This document shows positions 34,899-45,341 of a stretch of DNA of 47,068 nucleotides, piece by piece. How positions within the stretch are numbered: position 1 is the stretch's first letter; every line of letters begins with the position of its first letter. The notes below the pieces were generated by a model. The model worked only from the letters and a program-made list of their open reading frames with translations, searched no databases and had not been told where the DNA came from. Source of the DNA: a virus (taxonomy: Duplodnaviria; Caudoviricetes). The position numbers were made by a program, and so were the translations under genes. The stretch lies in the IMG/VR virus record IMGVR_UViG_3300037722_000249, positions 1 through 47,068 of that record. One strand, written 5' to 3'.

Positions 34899-35302
34899 TG
34901 GCAAAAGTAGGAGAGATGATCGAGTCGAAGTATCTCAAGCAGTCCGACGTGACCGACGACACGCCAATAACCATCGTGAAGGTGGGAAAGGCGAACGTCG
35001 CCAGGGAAGGTGATGAGCCGGAATACAAATGGCTCATCAAATTCGAAGAATTCAAGAAACCCATGGTCTTGAACGGCACGAACATCAAGCGTCTTGCCAG
35101 GGCCTGCAATTCCGACGATACCGACGATTGGGCCGGCAAGAAAGCCATCCTTTACGTTGACCCTGACGTGGAGTTCGCCGGCAACGTGGTTGGCGGGCTT
35201 CGCATTCGCGCCCCCAAGGGGTCGAAGGACCCCAACACCGAGGCGCAGCTTGCCTCCAAAAAAGGCAAGTTTAACGACATGGAAGACGACATTCCGTTCT
35301 AA
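34898..35302 (+). CDS. Single-stranded DNA-binding-like protein
   Basis: SKYLKQSD, LN.TN, W.GK...LY, GGLRIR and an SSB-type acidic tail EDDIPF. Confidence 0.7.
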   Translation: MAKVGEMIESKYLKQSDVTDDTPITIVKVGKANVAREGDEPEYKWLIKFEEFKKPMVLNGTNIKRLARACNSDDTDDWAGKKAILYVDPDVEFAGNVVGGLRIRAPKGSKDPNTEAQLASKKGKFNDMEDDIPF

Positions 35303-35941
35303 ATGGCCTACCACGTCTACAAACTAGCAGACGGAACCCGCGTCCCTTCGGTAACGACGGTCCTTGGGCGCTTCAAGGACGCAGGCCCGCTCATGTACTG
35401 GGCTTGGCAGTGCGGAGTGGATGGAAAGGACTTCCGCAAGGTCCGCGATGAGGCCGCTGACGCAGGAACTCTCGCCCATGCGGCTGTGGAGGCTTGGGTT
35501 AAGCGTCAGGACTTTGTCTTTACCGGAGAGCCATCCGTTGTCGAAAGGGCGCAGAAAGCCTTTGGCGCGTTCCTGGAGTGGGCCGACCAAACTAAATTGA
35601 CCGTGGACAAGACCGAGCTTCCCCTTATCTCGGAACGGTTCAAGTTCGGTGGCACGTTCGATGCCATCCTGCTCGGCACGAAAAGGGCGATGGGGGATTG
35701 GAAGTCCTCTAACGGGGTCTACGGGGAATACCTTGCCCAGCTCGCAGCCTACGGCCAGCTTTGGAAAGAGAACTTCCCAGACCAGCCCATTGAAGGCGGG
35801 TTTCACCTTCTCCGCTTCGACAAGACACACGGCGACTTTACCCACAAGTGGTGGGGCGAACTGGAGGCTGGTTGGGAGTACTTCCTGCGACTTCGGGAAG
35901 CCTACGAATTCGACAAGGAACTGAAGGCGAGGGCCAAATGA
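35303..35941 (+). CDS. PD-(D/E)xK exonuclease
   Basis: VPSVTTVL, GTLAH, E, GTFD, DWKSS, QLAAY. Confidence 0.85.
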   Translation: MAYHVYKLADGTRVPSVTTVLGRFKDAGPLMYWAWQCGVDGKDFRKVRDEAADAGTLAHAAVEAWVKRQDFVFTGEPSVVERAQKAFGAFLEWADQTKLTVDKTELPLISERFKFGGTFDAILLGTKRAMGDWKSSNGVYGEYLAQLAAYGQLWKENFPDQPIEGGFHLLRFDKTHGDFTHKWWGELEAGWEYFLRLREAYEFDKELKARAK

Positions 35942-36276
35942 GCGCCGCGCACAAAATCATTCCTCCCATGATGCCCTTCGATCAGGCATTGCGCTTCGGC
36001 TATACCGGCGAGATCCGCATGCCCAGGTATCTGGAGTGGATCAGGACGCTGCCATGCGACAAGTGCAAGCAGCAAGCGCCGAGCGAGGCATCGCACCCGA
36101 ATTTCTTCAAGTCGCAGAAGCGCAAGGCGCCGGACCCACTTGCTCTGCCATCTTGCCGTTTTTGCCATGAAGAGTACGAGCGCAATGGCTTTACGGATGA
36201 GGAGGAGTGGATGCAGCGCGCGGCTATCTACATGCTGCGGGCTATCTGGGAAGGGCGTTTGGTCTGGAAGCCATGA
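35938..36276 (+). CDS. DUF968/HNH-like zinc-binding protein
   Basis: YLEWIRTLPC..C, H, PSCRFCH. Confidence 0.65.
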   Translation: MSAAHKIIPPMMPFDQALRFGYTGEIRMPRYLEWIRTLPCDKCKQQAPSEASHPNFFKSQKRKAPDPLALPSCRFCHEEYERNGFTDEEEWMQRAAIYMLRAIWEGRLVWKP

Positions 36277-38248
36277 AGCCCAAGCTCTCCCCCGTCGATC
36301 TCATCGCCTACGATAACGCAAAGGCGATTCCCGAGGGCACGCCGATAACGCTGGACGGGAAGTCGGGCGTGATGATGGCGCCCACCGGCCACATGCTGAC
36401 CGTGAAAGTCGGGAGGAAGAACCTGTTTCTGCGAGCTGGCGATCCGAGGATAGACCGGATCGTTTCTGGTTACGCCAAGTGAGGAAATCATGAACCGATA
36501 TACCGACAAAGAACTGCGCCGCCTTCTGGCGCTTCACATGAAGTCCGAGAAGGGCAAGCCGGTCTCCGATCTGGACCGCGCTTACAAACGAGGTTGGCGA
36601 GACTGCATCCGTAGCCTTCGCGCGCACCTGAAGGCCCATAGGGAGAAAAGCCAATGAGAGATGGCGGAAAAGGCATGCGAGTAGCAAACCCGAAATGCCA
36701 GCACTGCAATGGCACCGGGAGAGTTTCGTTCGATGACATCCCGGGCGACATCTTCGAATGCCAGTGCACGGACTATCCCAGGTCGGCAAAGGAGATGCAT
36801 GACTTGCTGCGAGACTGTGCGCCCAAGGTAGAAACGTGAAGCTACAGGCCAAGCGCCTCAACGATCGTAAGCGCATCCCATGTCAGGGCCACGTCGGCCC
36901 ACTGTTCTCTGGCCGCTCTTGCCGAAAGTTGGCGACGTGGAAGATAGGCCGCGAGTGCCTGTGCGGGCCGCATGCAAACGCGGCGGCCATTCGCATCGTC
37001 AAGGACACCGAGAACTTGGCGAAGCTTCTGAGCGACGCCACACTGTAAAAGTGAGGAATTGATGGCCGACAAGAAACACGTGGACGAGTACCGCAAGGCG
37101 CTGCGGATGCTTTGCGACTTTGCCTATAAGCAAGGCTTTCACGAAATGGGCTATGACCCTCTTGAAGCTTTCGAGGCAGCTTTGCGCGACCAATTCAATG
37201 CAGCGCCGCAGGCGACACCGGAAGCCGCAGACAAGCCCTCTGGGAACTGCGCCGGACTCGGATCGCCTGCGGTTGCTGCTCCCGAATGAGCGACGCCTGC
37301 ATAGGTAAGTGAGGATGACCATGCAGACACGGAGAAGGCGATTGGGCACTACAGCCGAGGCGTGGAATGCCAAAAACCCGGTTGGCACGCTAGTGAACTA
37401 CTACACCGGGCTAGAAGTCGTGCCCACCAAGACGCGCAGCGAGGCGTGGGAGCTTGGGCACGGCGAGGCCGTCGTTCTGATCGAGGGTAAAAGCGGTGGC
37501 GTGGCCCTGTGGGCACTGACGCCGAGGAACGCGCCTCATGAACATAGCTAGTTCCTTCGGGTGCATCGTCACCGATTTCAACGTGTACTGGAGCGCCGTG
37601 CTGGCGGACTACGATGGAGCGCCGGATGCGACGGGGACGAATAGCCTGATCGGGCATGGCAAGACCGAGGACGCTGCGGTGGCTGACCTTCTCGACAAAA
37701 TACGTGACTTTGAAACGGAGAGCACATGACCTGGTACACGGTAGCCGAAATCAAGCCGCTGCGGATCATCTTCGACGGTGAGTGCTCTAAGGACGAGGCG
37801 ATACGCAAGATGCAAAAGACGCACGAGACTGGTCGATCCCATGTAGTCGTAACACGCGGGAAGACCGTAGGGAAGTTTGTCGCAGAGATTGGCGGTTCTA
37901 CCGAAATGAAAACGATCAATGGGGCAGAGATACCTGTTGCCGGACAGAGGCGTTGCCCGATGGCTACTCGGGGTGAACCGCCACACCATTTTGATGACTA
38001 CCAGGAGCGGGCCATTCAAAAGGCGCGCGCATGGCGAGTGATTGGCATGTATGCCCACTGACGAGTCTTGAAAGGTGACGATGATTCGCTCACTGACTGA
38101 AACTATCTATACGGACGAGGAGATCGAGAAGATGCGCGCCCAACTGGCGAAGACGTGGCGGCAATCGAAAAGCCAAGTCACCGATTGTGAAGCTAGGTTC
38201 TACCTCGACTTAGAGCGCGAGTTTATCCAGATGACGAGTCAGCCATGA
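36273..38248 (+). other. Array of about 9 small early hypothetical CDS (including Cys-rich 36654-36839 and 36836-37048)
   Basis: Consecutive coupled short ORFs with RBS motifs. Confidence 0.5.
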
Positions 38249-38278
38249 GCGACGCCAGAAGCACGGAGGGAGCCGTCA

Positions 38279-39181
38279 ATGGCTGAAGTCACCGGCATCG
38301 CGTGGTGCGACAGCACGTTCAACCCTTGGATCGGCTGCACCAAGGTCGGGCCGGGCTGCGACCACTGCTACGCCGAGGCGCTGGATAACCGGCATCGCTG
38401 GGGCGGCGCTACGCATTGGGGGCCGGGGAAGCCGAGGATGCGGACGAGCGCCGCGAACTGGCGCAAGCCAATTTCGTGGAATCGCAAGGCAGAGGCATCA
38501 GGCAAGCCCTGGCTCGTGTTCTGCGCCTCGCTGGCGGACGTGTTCGACAACGAGGTTCCGCGAGAATGGCGCATGGATTTATTCACGATGATTGAGCAGA
38601 CGCCGCATCTGACGTGGTTGCTGCTCACCAAACGGATCGGCAACGCGCATGGCATGGTTCCGTTCTATTGGCTGATGGACGGAGATGGATTTAGGCCGAA
38701 CGTCTGGATCGGGGCGACCATCGTGAACCAGGAGGAGGCTGACCGGGACGTGCCGAAGCTCCTCAAGGTGCCAGCGGCAAAGCGCTTCGTGTCATACGAA
38801 CCCGCCCTAGGCCCCGTGGACTGGACGCGCTTTCCCGGCATCGACTGGATCATCGTCGGCGGGGAGAGCACGCAGGGAGCGAAGGCGCGCGAGTTCCCGG
38901 TTTACCTCGCCCGCAACACCTTGCGCGCTGCCCGCCGGATCGGTGCGGCGCCGTTCGTGAAGCAGCTCGGCTCCAACGTCATCGACCGCAACGACTCAGG
39001 CTTTGAAGGCAACGGGGACGACTACTGGCCCGCCGGCACGGCCGACAAGGTAGAGCACAACCCGAGCGGCTACCTTGAGGAATGGCAGGGCGCGCCGGTC
39101 AGAGTGCATCTGGTGGACCGCGCCGGCGCCAACCCCGCCGAGTGGCCCGAGGACCTGCGCGTACAGGAGTTCCCGAGATGA
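38279..39181 (+). CDS. DUF5131 / Gp37-Gp68 family protein
   Basis: TGIAWCDSTFNPWIGCTKVGPGCDHCYA, LADVFD, LLTKR, SYEPALG, WIIVGGES, FVKQLG. Confidence 0.9.
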   Translation: MAEVTGIAWCDSTFNPWIGCTKVGPGCDHCYAEALDNRHRWGGATHWGPGKPRMRTSAANWRKPISWNRKAEASGKPWLVFCASLADVFDNEVPREWRMDLFTMIEQTPHLTWLLLTKRIGNAHGMVPFYWLMDGDGFRPNVWIGATIVNQEEADRDVPKLLKVPAAKRFVSYEPALGPVDWTRFPGIDWIIVGGESTQGAKAREFPVYLARNTLRAARRIGAAPFVKQLGSNVIDRNDSGFEGNGDDYWPAGTADKVEHNPSGYLEEWQGAPVRVHLVDRAGANPAEWPEDLRVQEFPR

Positions 39182-42100
39182 ACGACAACTCACACAGCTA
39201 TACAGCAGATCTTTCGCTGGCCGACGAGATCGACATGCACATGGGCGTAGCCAGCATGTACCGCCCAAACGAGATTGAAGTGCTGCGTAAGGCTTCGGAG
39301 ATCATTCGCCGCCGATACCCGCAGGCAAAGGCTTCCTGCAATGGGCCGAACAGCGATACCTGGGAGCGCCTACTCGATATCGAGCACGCGTGGGCCGAAT
39401 ACACTGGCGGGCATATAACGAGAAAACAATTCGACTCCAGACTTGTTGATGCTCTTTGGCCGGATCGAAGCCAACCTGCCACAAACGAGAATCGCAAATG
39501 AACTACGCCGACCTGATCCCTACTACGTGGCTCGACCCGCTACTGACCGGGCCTGGCGCAGTGCTGGATGGCTACACCTACACCCCGAAGGACATAGAGC
39601 GCCTGCTTCTTGCTCTCAAGGAGCGCATGGAGCGCGCCCAGAAAGCCGAGGCTGTATGACCACTACCCCACACGAGCAAGAGTCCGACCGCACTAGGTTC
39701 ATGCAATGGTGGAAGCGGGCTGGCGCTCCACAAGCCGAGCCGGCATATGCGGCGTGGATCGCTTGGCTTGAGCGGGGAAGATTAGCGCAGTCGGAGAAAC
39801 CAGAATCGAGCCAAGAGCGCGATTACTGCGAAGCTTGCGGTTACACGGATAGCCACGATCCGAATTGCCCCAGGCCACGCGCCGAGGATTCGCCCACCGA
39901 TAAGGGCGAACGTCGCTACACTGAGGCCGAGATGCGGCTCGTGCAGGAGGAGCTGCTGCGCGAGCAGCGGGAGGCCGAGCACTTGCAGGCCAAGATCGAC
40001 CGGCTGATGCTCGAGCATTGCCCGCAGGACATGACGCCAGAGCAGCTCGAGGAGTGGCGAACGCATCAGGTGCCGGCCGGGCCGGAAGCCGAAGCGGCGC
40101 TCGCATCGGCGGTATCCGCAAGTCGAGATACGTTGCCCCCGGAGAAACTTACACCGGCATGGCATGGACTGTCAGTGGATTGGGATCACATGCCAGCAGA
40201 TGTTGATGAAGCTATCGAAATGTTGCGTCGAGCAAAACGCGATCTGGTGAACGCTAAACCTGGGTGGATCTCAGTACCGACCGAGCCGACACCGGCCATG
40301 CTAGACGCCGGAGACGCTGCGGCCTATGCGGCATCGACTCACAGGCCAGCCATGAGGATATGGGAAGCCATGCTGCTCGCAGTCACACATACGTAGTGGT
40401 GAATCGCAATGGCTAAGGCGCCGACCATCGCGCAGCTCGCCGAAGAGATTTTCGGCTTGGTCGAGTATGACCAGGGCAAGGCGTTCATCTCTGACGGCAT
40501 CGAGGCATCGAAGTCTCGCCGTGAGCTATTCGCTGTCGTGCGCGGCAGCCTCAAGCACAGCGAGATTGTGGTGACGAAAACGCGGGCCTTCCTGCGGAAG
40601 TACGGGCAGCTATGAAACGCCTGTTCGACATAGGGAGCGATCGAAAGTGACGGACTTCTTGATCCTGTACGCAGGCGTAATGGGGTGCGCTATAGGCATC
40701 GCGTTCTTTCTGACGGCTGATCGCACGCCGCAGATCAAGTTCATCTGGTACGACCTTTGGGTTGGTGCGTACTTCGATCGGGCGAAACGGCTGCTCTACA
40801 TTCTGCCGCTGCCGTGCATCGTGTTCGTGTTCGCCTTCAAGCGACGCCAACCTGGAGATAACCAGCAATGATCGACAAAGAGCGAGTCGAGGACATCCTT
40901 TTGGCGAATGCCAAGTGGAAGCGGGAGCGCATAGGGCCGATGCCGTACACGGTTCTAGAGGTCGAGCTTGCTGCGGCCCTGCAAATAGCGCCCTCGGCAA
41001 ACATGGAAGAACTACCGATGCGCTGGCGAGACACGCATACCCTCGTGCCATGCGATGGTGATGACGTAATAGGGTACTGGACGCCAGACTCCAACTTCGG
41101 GAGGCGCGCCTGCCAGATAGTTCATTACTTTGCCGGTAAGTGGTGCGAACCGGGACAGCCACACCTTGGTTGCGGTGCCCCAGACCTCTGGATGCTGCTT
41201 CCGCCTTTGCCCACCGCCTAACTGGAGGATGTGACCAATGGCTAATTTGTCGGATCTGAACTTCGAGAACTACGAGGCCCTGTACAAGCAGGAGCTTTAC
41301 CGCGAGAAGGCAGAACCTATATGGGCCAGCGAACACGAGCGGGGAGCGCGCCGCAAGGTATACGAGGCCATCATTGCCGAGTGCTCGACGCCTTCCCCGG
41401 AAGGTGAGCCCACGGAGGAAATGCTCAACGCTGGCATCGACGCATTCATGGCAGCGGCCAAAGAGCAAGCAAACGCGGTGGGGCGGGTGCCGCAATCCGT
41501 CGCGCTCAAGGCTGCCTACAAGGCGATGCTCACCGCCGCATACGACAAAGGAGTGAAGAAATGAGTAAACGCGAAACCTACCCGGAATACGTGCGGCGCA
41601 AGGAGGCCGAGAACCCCGGCGATAAGGACAAGCGGGAGGCCGGCAAGGCTCTCGCTAGAAAGAAGATCGGCGTCCCAGCAAAGGGGAAGAACCGTGGGGA
41701 ACGGTAGTTCCCTGAATACTACCGATCAAACGTGCGGCAATTGCGAGCACTTTCGGGGCCATAAAACGCCGACAGGCCGTTGGAAAAAGAGGCTCGCTGG
41801 AGAATGCACAGCGGTAGCGGAACTGGGGGCTATACCGATAGCCTATAGGGTCGAACTCCACAAAATGTGGGTCTGGCCGTACAAGGATGCGTCCAAATGC
41901 CCGTGCCACAAACAATGAGCGAGCGAGCCGACCTGAAAGCCCCTTGCGTGTTCTGCGGGTACAACGGCCCCCGCTACTGGCAGTCCGGCACGCACCACCA
42001 CCTGTGCCCCTGGTATAAGCGCTCCGGCGTCCACGATCGCAAGAATGCGCTACGCGAAGTGATTCGCGCCCTGCTCGTGCAGGATGGCCTACGCGTAGCC

Positions 42101-43038
42101 GCTCTAGAGGCGCTGGAGCACCTTGAGGAACTGCGCGAGGCATGGCGACGTGGTGTCATAGACGAGCGCGACGGACAGGGCGGGACGCGCTCAAACCGCA
42201 ACGTAGAGATCAGCGTGAAGCTGCGAGATGCGCTACTTTTCTAGCACCATCGAGTGAGGAAAGGAACCACCAATGGACGATAGCATTCCAGCCGATAAGA
42301 ACTGCGATCTGGACGTAGTGAAGCGTCTGCGCGCCACCACCGACGCCGCAGTGTGGGCGCATGAGTTCAACCTGGCCTTCGCCGCCCTACACGAAGGCTG
42401 CGAGCTGGACGAGGGCTGGCTGATCGGTTGGTTCGCCAATGCTATCGAGGTCGGCCGCGACGCTGGAGCGAAAAAATGATCCCAGGATCAGAAGCGATGT
42501 ACAACTACCTGCGCCCACAATGCCGCTGCCGATTCCTTACGACCAGCGTTCAGGAGCAATGCGCGGAGTGCAAGTTCCACGAGGCATTAGAACTACTGCA
42601 ACTATGCGACTCATGCGATCTTTGGTATTCGGCAGCGGAGGCGCGCGGCCTTCCCTCAACTGACGAAACAATGGTAGGTGATTTGGTGCGCGCGTTTCTA
42701 AGACGCCACACTTAATAGAACAGGAGATTCAGATGCCGATCATTGCGTACAGGGGATTTGAAATCCACACTCGGAAAATCCCGCAAGTCCCGATTTACTA
42801 TGCTTGGGTCTATCACGTTGCTCGAGAAAAGCCTGGATTCAAGGTGTCGCGGGACGATGAGCCGCTATCGTGCGAGCGTGTCATCGAACTCGCGAAGTGG
42901 GAAATCGATAACCTGCTGACTGCAGAGCCCGCAGCACCCTTCTGCGCTCCCCCTGCAGCCCCCGCCCGCTTCAGTCGCCGGCCGAGAGTGACGCGGTGGC
43001 AGCCCAGGATAGCCGCGGCCTGTCCGATGTTGCCGTAG
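39178..43038 (+). other. Array of about 13 small early hypothetical CDS
   Basis: Coupled short ORFs, e.g. 39656-40396 and 41238-41564 with EPT..ML.AG motifs, 40647-40871 membrane protein. Confidence 0.5.
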
Positions 43039-43076
43039 GTGCGCTCGAGCAGCCGGCGCAGGGCGGCGCGGGTCAC
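42813..43076 (-). CDS. Fis-family HTH protein
   Basis: GTGA overlap with the holin stop; L.RTYGNIGQAAAILGCHRVTL.RRLK. Confidence 0.6.
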   Translation of the reverse strand: MTRAALRRLLERTYGNIGQAAAILGCHRVTLGRRLKRAGAAGGAQKGAAGSAVSRLSISHFASSMTRSHDSGSSSRDTLNPGFSRAT

Positions 43077-43486
43077 TTCCCGCCGCGCTTGTCCCAGGAC
43101 CGGAAAGCGGTGTAACCGAGATAGCCCGCTCCGAACAGGGCGTACAGCGGCTCGGGGATCGCGTCCAGCCACGCATTGACCCCTTGGGCGACCGCAGCCG
43201 CCGCTTCCGGCTTGAAGGCGTAGAGCACCCCCATCGGGATCGCGCAGAGCAGGTAGATGTAGATCACGTACAGGAACGTCGGCCGCGCCCGGGACGTGTA
43301 GGGGTCTGAAGACTGCGCCTCGGCCACGATCGCGGATAGCTGCGTCTGGAGCACGTCCAGCTCACCCTTTTGCGCGGCCTGCATTAGCTTGATCTTCGCC
43401 TCGGCCTTTTCCTCGTCGGACGTGAAGAACTTGTCGATCAGCTTTTCGCCGACACTGAAAAGTCCGGTCAGTAGCAGGGGGGCCAT
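43073..43486 (-). CDS. 3TM holin family protein
   Basis: EKLIDK, IVAEAQS, RARP.FLY, GYLGY...RS.DK. Confidence 0.8.
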   Translation of the reverse strand: MAPLLLTGLFSVGEKLIDKFFTSDEEKAEAKIKLMQAAQKGELDVLQTQLSAIVAEAQSSDPYTSRARPTFLYVIYIYLLCAIPMGVLYAFKPEAAAAVAQGVNAWLDAIPEPLYALFGAGYLGYTAFRSWDKRGGK

Positions 43487-43523
43487 TACACGCCTCCTGC
43501 GCCATCGGCTTCAATGGTAGTTT

Positions 43524-43934
43524 TCATCCGTAGTGTCTCCCAGTGATGGTTACAACGATCTCCTCCAGTCCTGCCGTCAACCGCATGAACTCGTCAAATC
43601 CCTGCTTCGACGCCACGATCCCGTCCTCGCCCTTCACGGGGTCGAACTGCTCGCCGACCAGGATGCAGCCGTGGCTGTCGTCGGCTATGTTCCCTTTGTG
43701 GAACAGGATCTCGGAGCGGCCCGGCACGTCCTGGACCCAGAAGGTCTCCCCGAACTTGGGCGAGACGTGGCGCTTGGCGATGTAGCGGCCGGTGTGGATG
43801 CAGGAGACGTTGCGCTGGTTGTCGCGCCACGGACGCTCGAGGGTCAGGGCGAAGGGGACGCCATCCTCGCGGATCAGCACGCCGTATGTCGGCTGGCTGG
43901 GCGAGCGCGTCAGGCGGTAGACGGTGAGCCTCAA
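43524..43934 (-). CDS. DUF5675 family protein, putative endolysin
   Basis: TLERPW..N..N.SCI..G.Y, VPGRSEILFHKGN, GCILVG; next to the holin. Confidence 0.75.
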   Translation of the reverse strand: MRLTVYRLTRSPSQPTYGVLIREDGVPFALTLERPWRDNQRNVSCIHTGRYIAKRHVSPKFGETFWVQDVPGRSEILFHKGNIADDSHGCILVGEQFDPVKGEDGIVASKQGFDEFMRLTAGLEEIVVTITGRHYG

Positions 43935-44347
43935 AATCGCCTCTTTAGCTGCAGCCCGATCACCCCGTTCGTCAGGTCGCCGCGCTTATTCGGGAACCAG
44001 ACGAGATTGACCCCGTAGCGCTTACCCTCGTAGGACGCCACCAGAGCCGCGGCAGCGGTCACAGGACTCCCGTAGCCGGTAAGCCCAAGCACTGCCCCGC
44101 CGGCGCACCAGGGGCCGCTGTAGGCCACGCAGTAGCGTCCCCCGGCGTAGAAGCTCCACGTGTCGCAGTGGCTGTTGAGATATCCGCCGCCCATCAGCCG
44201 GAAGCGGTCGCCGGATTCGACGCCGACCCCCGGGTTGAACTCGCAGTGGGAGCCCCCGTCCAGGTGCAGCGAGCCCACGGTAGCGACTCCCCACGTATCC
44301 GCGAGCGCTAGGCTTGGCAGCAGCAGCAAAATGGCGAATCTACGCAC
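43931..44347 (-). CDS. Small outer-membrane beta-barrel (PagP-like)
   Basis: Signal peptide, EFNPGVGVE, Y.NS, alternating beta strands, C-terminal Phe. Confidence 0.65.
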   Translation of the reverse strand: MRRFAILLLLPSLALADTWGVATVGSLHLDGGSHCEFNPGVGVESGDRFRLMGGGYLNSHCDTWSFYAGGRYCVAYSGPWCAGGAVLGLTGYGSPVTAAAALVASYEGKRYGVNLVWFPNKRGDLTNGVIGLQLKRRF

Positions 44348-44708
44348 CGTGAACCCGCTGGAAGAATTCGGTTGGAATCACCGCAACCGTCTTGTCGTCG
44401 AAGTACGCCATGACGACGCCGAATCGCGTGAGCCCGTAGCAGCCCTCGTACACCTTGCCCTTCTCGGTCCACGTCGCCCGGTGAGGCAGGTTCGTCACCG
44501 CTTCGAGCTTGCATGGGTCGTTGTGCAGCGTGATCCTGATGCCGCCGTCCTCGGCCTCGAATACGGGATCGGCGTAGGCGTAGCTCGCGATCATCACGAG
44601 CACAATGCAGATAAAGGCGGCGAGGACGGCACCGATGACCGGCCGCATCTCTGCGCGCTCGCGCTTGTGCTTCGGGTCGTCGAATGGATTTTCGAGCATC
44701 TCAGCCAC
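44340..44708 (-). CDS. Secreted or membrane-anchored hypothetical protein
   Basis: Hydrophobic segment ending AYA-D; two Cys. Confidence 0.55.
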   Translation of the reverse strand: MAEMLENPFDDPKHKRERAEMRPVIGAVLAAFICIVLVMIASYAYADPVFEAEDGGIRITLHNDPCKLEAVTNLPHRATWTEKGKVYEGCYGLTRFGVVMAYFDDKTVAVIPTEFFQRVHGA

Positions 44709-44976
44709 CGCCCTTCAGGGACCGTAGCCAGTCCCAGATGAGGTATCCAATGCCCGTCAGGCCGGAGACGATCCCCCAGCCAATGACGTGCGTTTTGGTC
44801 TTCTCCAAGCGGTTTGTTTTTCGTCGCTCGCGCTCGATCAAGGCGGAGACGAACTCGTGGTGTACGCGGTGGACTTCTGCTGGTACGGACCTCGCCTTTT
44901 CCAGGATTTCGGTCAGGGCGAGTAGGTCCTCGTCGCTCAGAGTTCGGCGGCGGCGTTCGTTACCCTCGTATTCCAT
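44701..44976 (-). CDS. Single-TM holin-like protein
   Basis: ERRR N-terminus, C-terminal TM; first gene of the lysis cassette. Confidence 0.55.
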   Translation of the reverse strand: MEYEGNERRRRTLSDEDLLALTEILEKARSVPAEVHRVHHEFVSALIERERRKTNRLEKTKTHVIGWGIVSGLTGIGYLIWDWLRSLKGGG

Positions 44977-45098
44977 GGTGGACTCCCGGATAAGGTACTA
45001 GCCGGATGGCTAATACCGTTTTGCGGTGAGCCCGGTGTAGGCTGTCCGTCCCTGCAGGCAGGGGGAGGGGCCTCGTCCTAGCTCGCGTAATCGAGCAA

Positions 45099-45142
45099 AG
45101 GGGTCGTGGCGCTAGTAACGTCACGGTCGCCCCTCTTTTTTT
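45099..45142 (+). terminator. Intrinsic terminator on the + strand, antisense to late transcription
   Basis: AGGGG-TCGTGGCG-loop-CGTCACGG-TCG-CCCCT followed by CTTTTTTT. Confidence 0.65.
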
Positions 45143-45161
45143 CGTACTTCTGTTCCCTTGT

Positions 45162-45341
45162 TCATTGCGGCGCCGTTGATTCCGCCGGCTTCGCTTCAAG
45201 TTCGGCAACGCGCTTCTTCAGCGCGGCGTTTTCCTCTGCAAGAGCAGCATTTGACGCGGCAAATTGCGCAGCGCGATTGCCGAGAATAGCTCTCTGCATC
45301 TCCAACTCCTGCACCAGTGCGTTCAGGGCTTTATCGCTCAT
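45162..45341 (-). CDS. 59-aa coiled-coil protein after the tail fibre (chaperone-like)
   Basis: MSDKALNALVQELEMQR...LAEENAALKKRVAELE; ATGA overlap. Confidence 0.6.
   Translation of the reverse strand: MSDKALNALVQELEMQRAILGNRAAQFAASNAALAEENAALKKRVAELEAKPAESTAPQ

Noticed and set aside
35303-35941. Cas4 / CRISPR system
   Set aside because: No repeat-spacer array or other cas genes; it is an ordinary phage PD-(D/E)xK nuclease next to an SSB-like gene.
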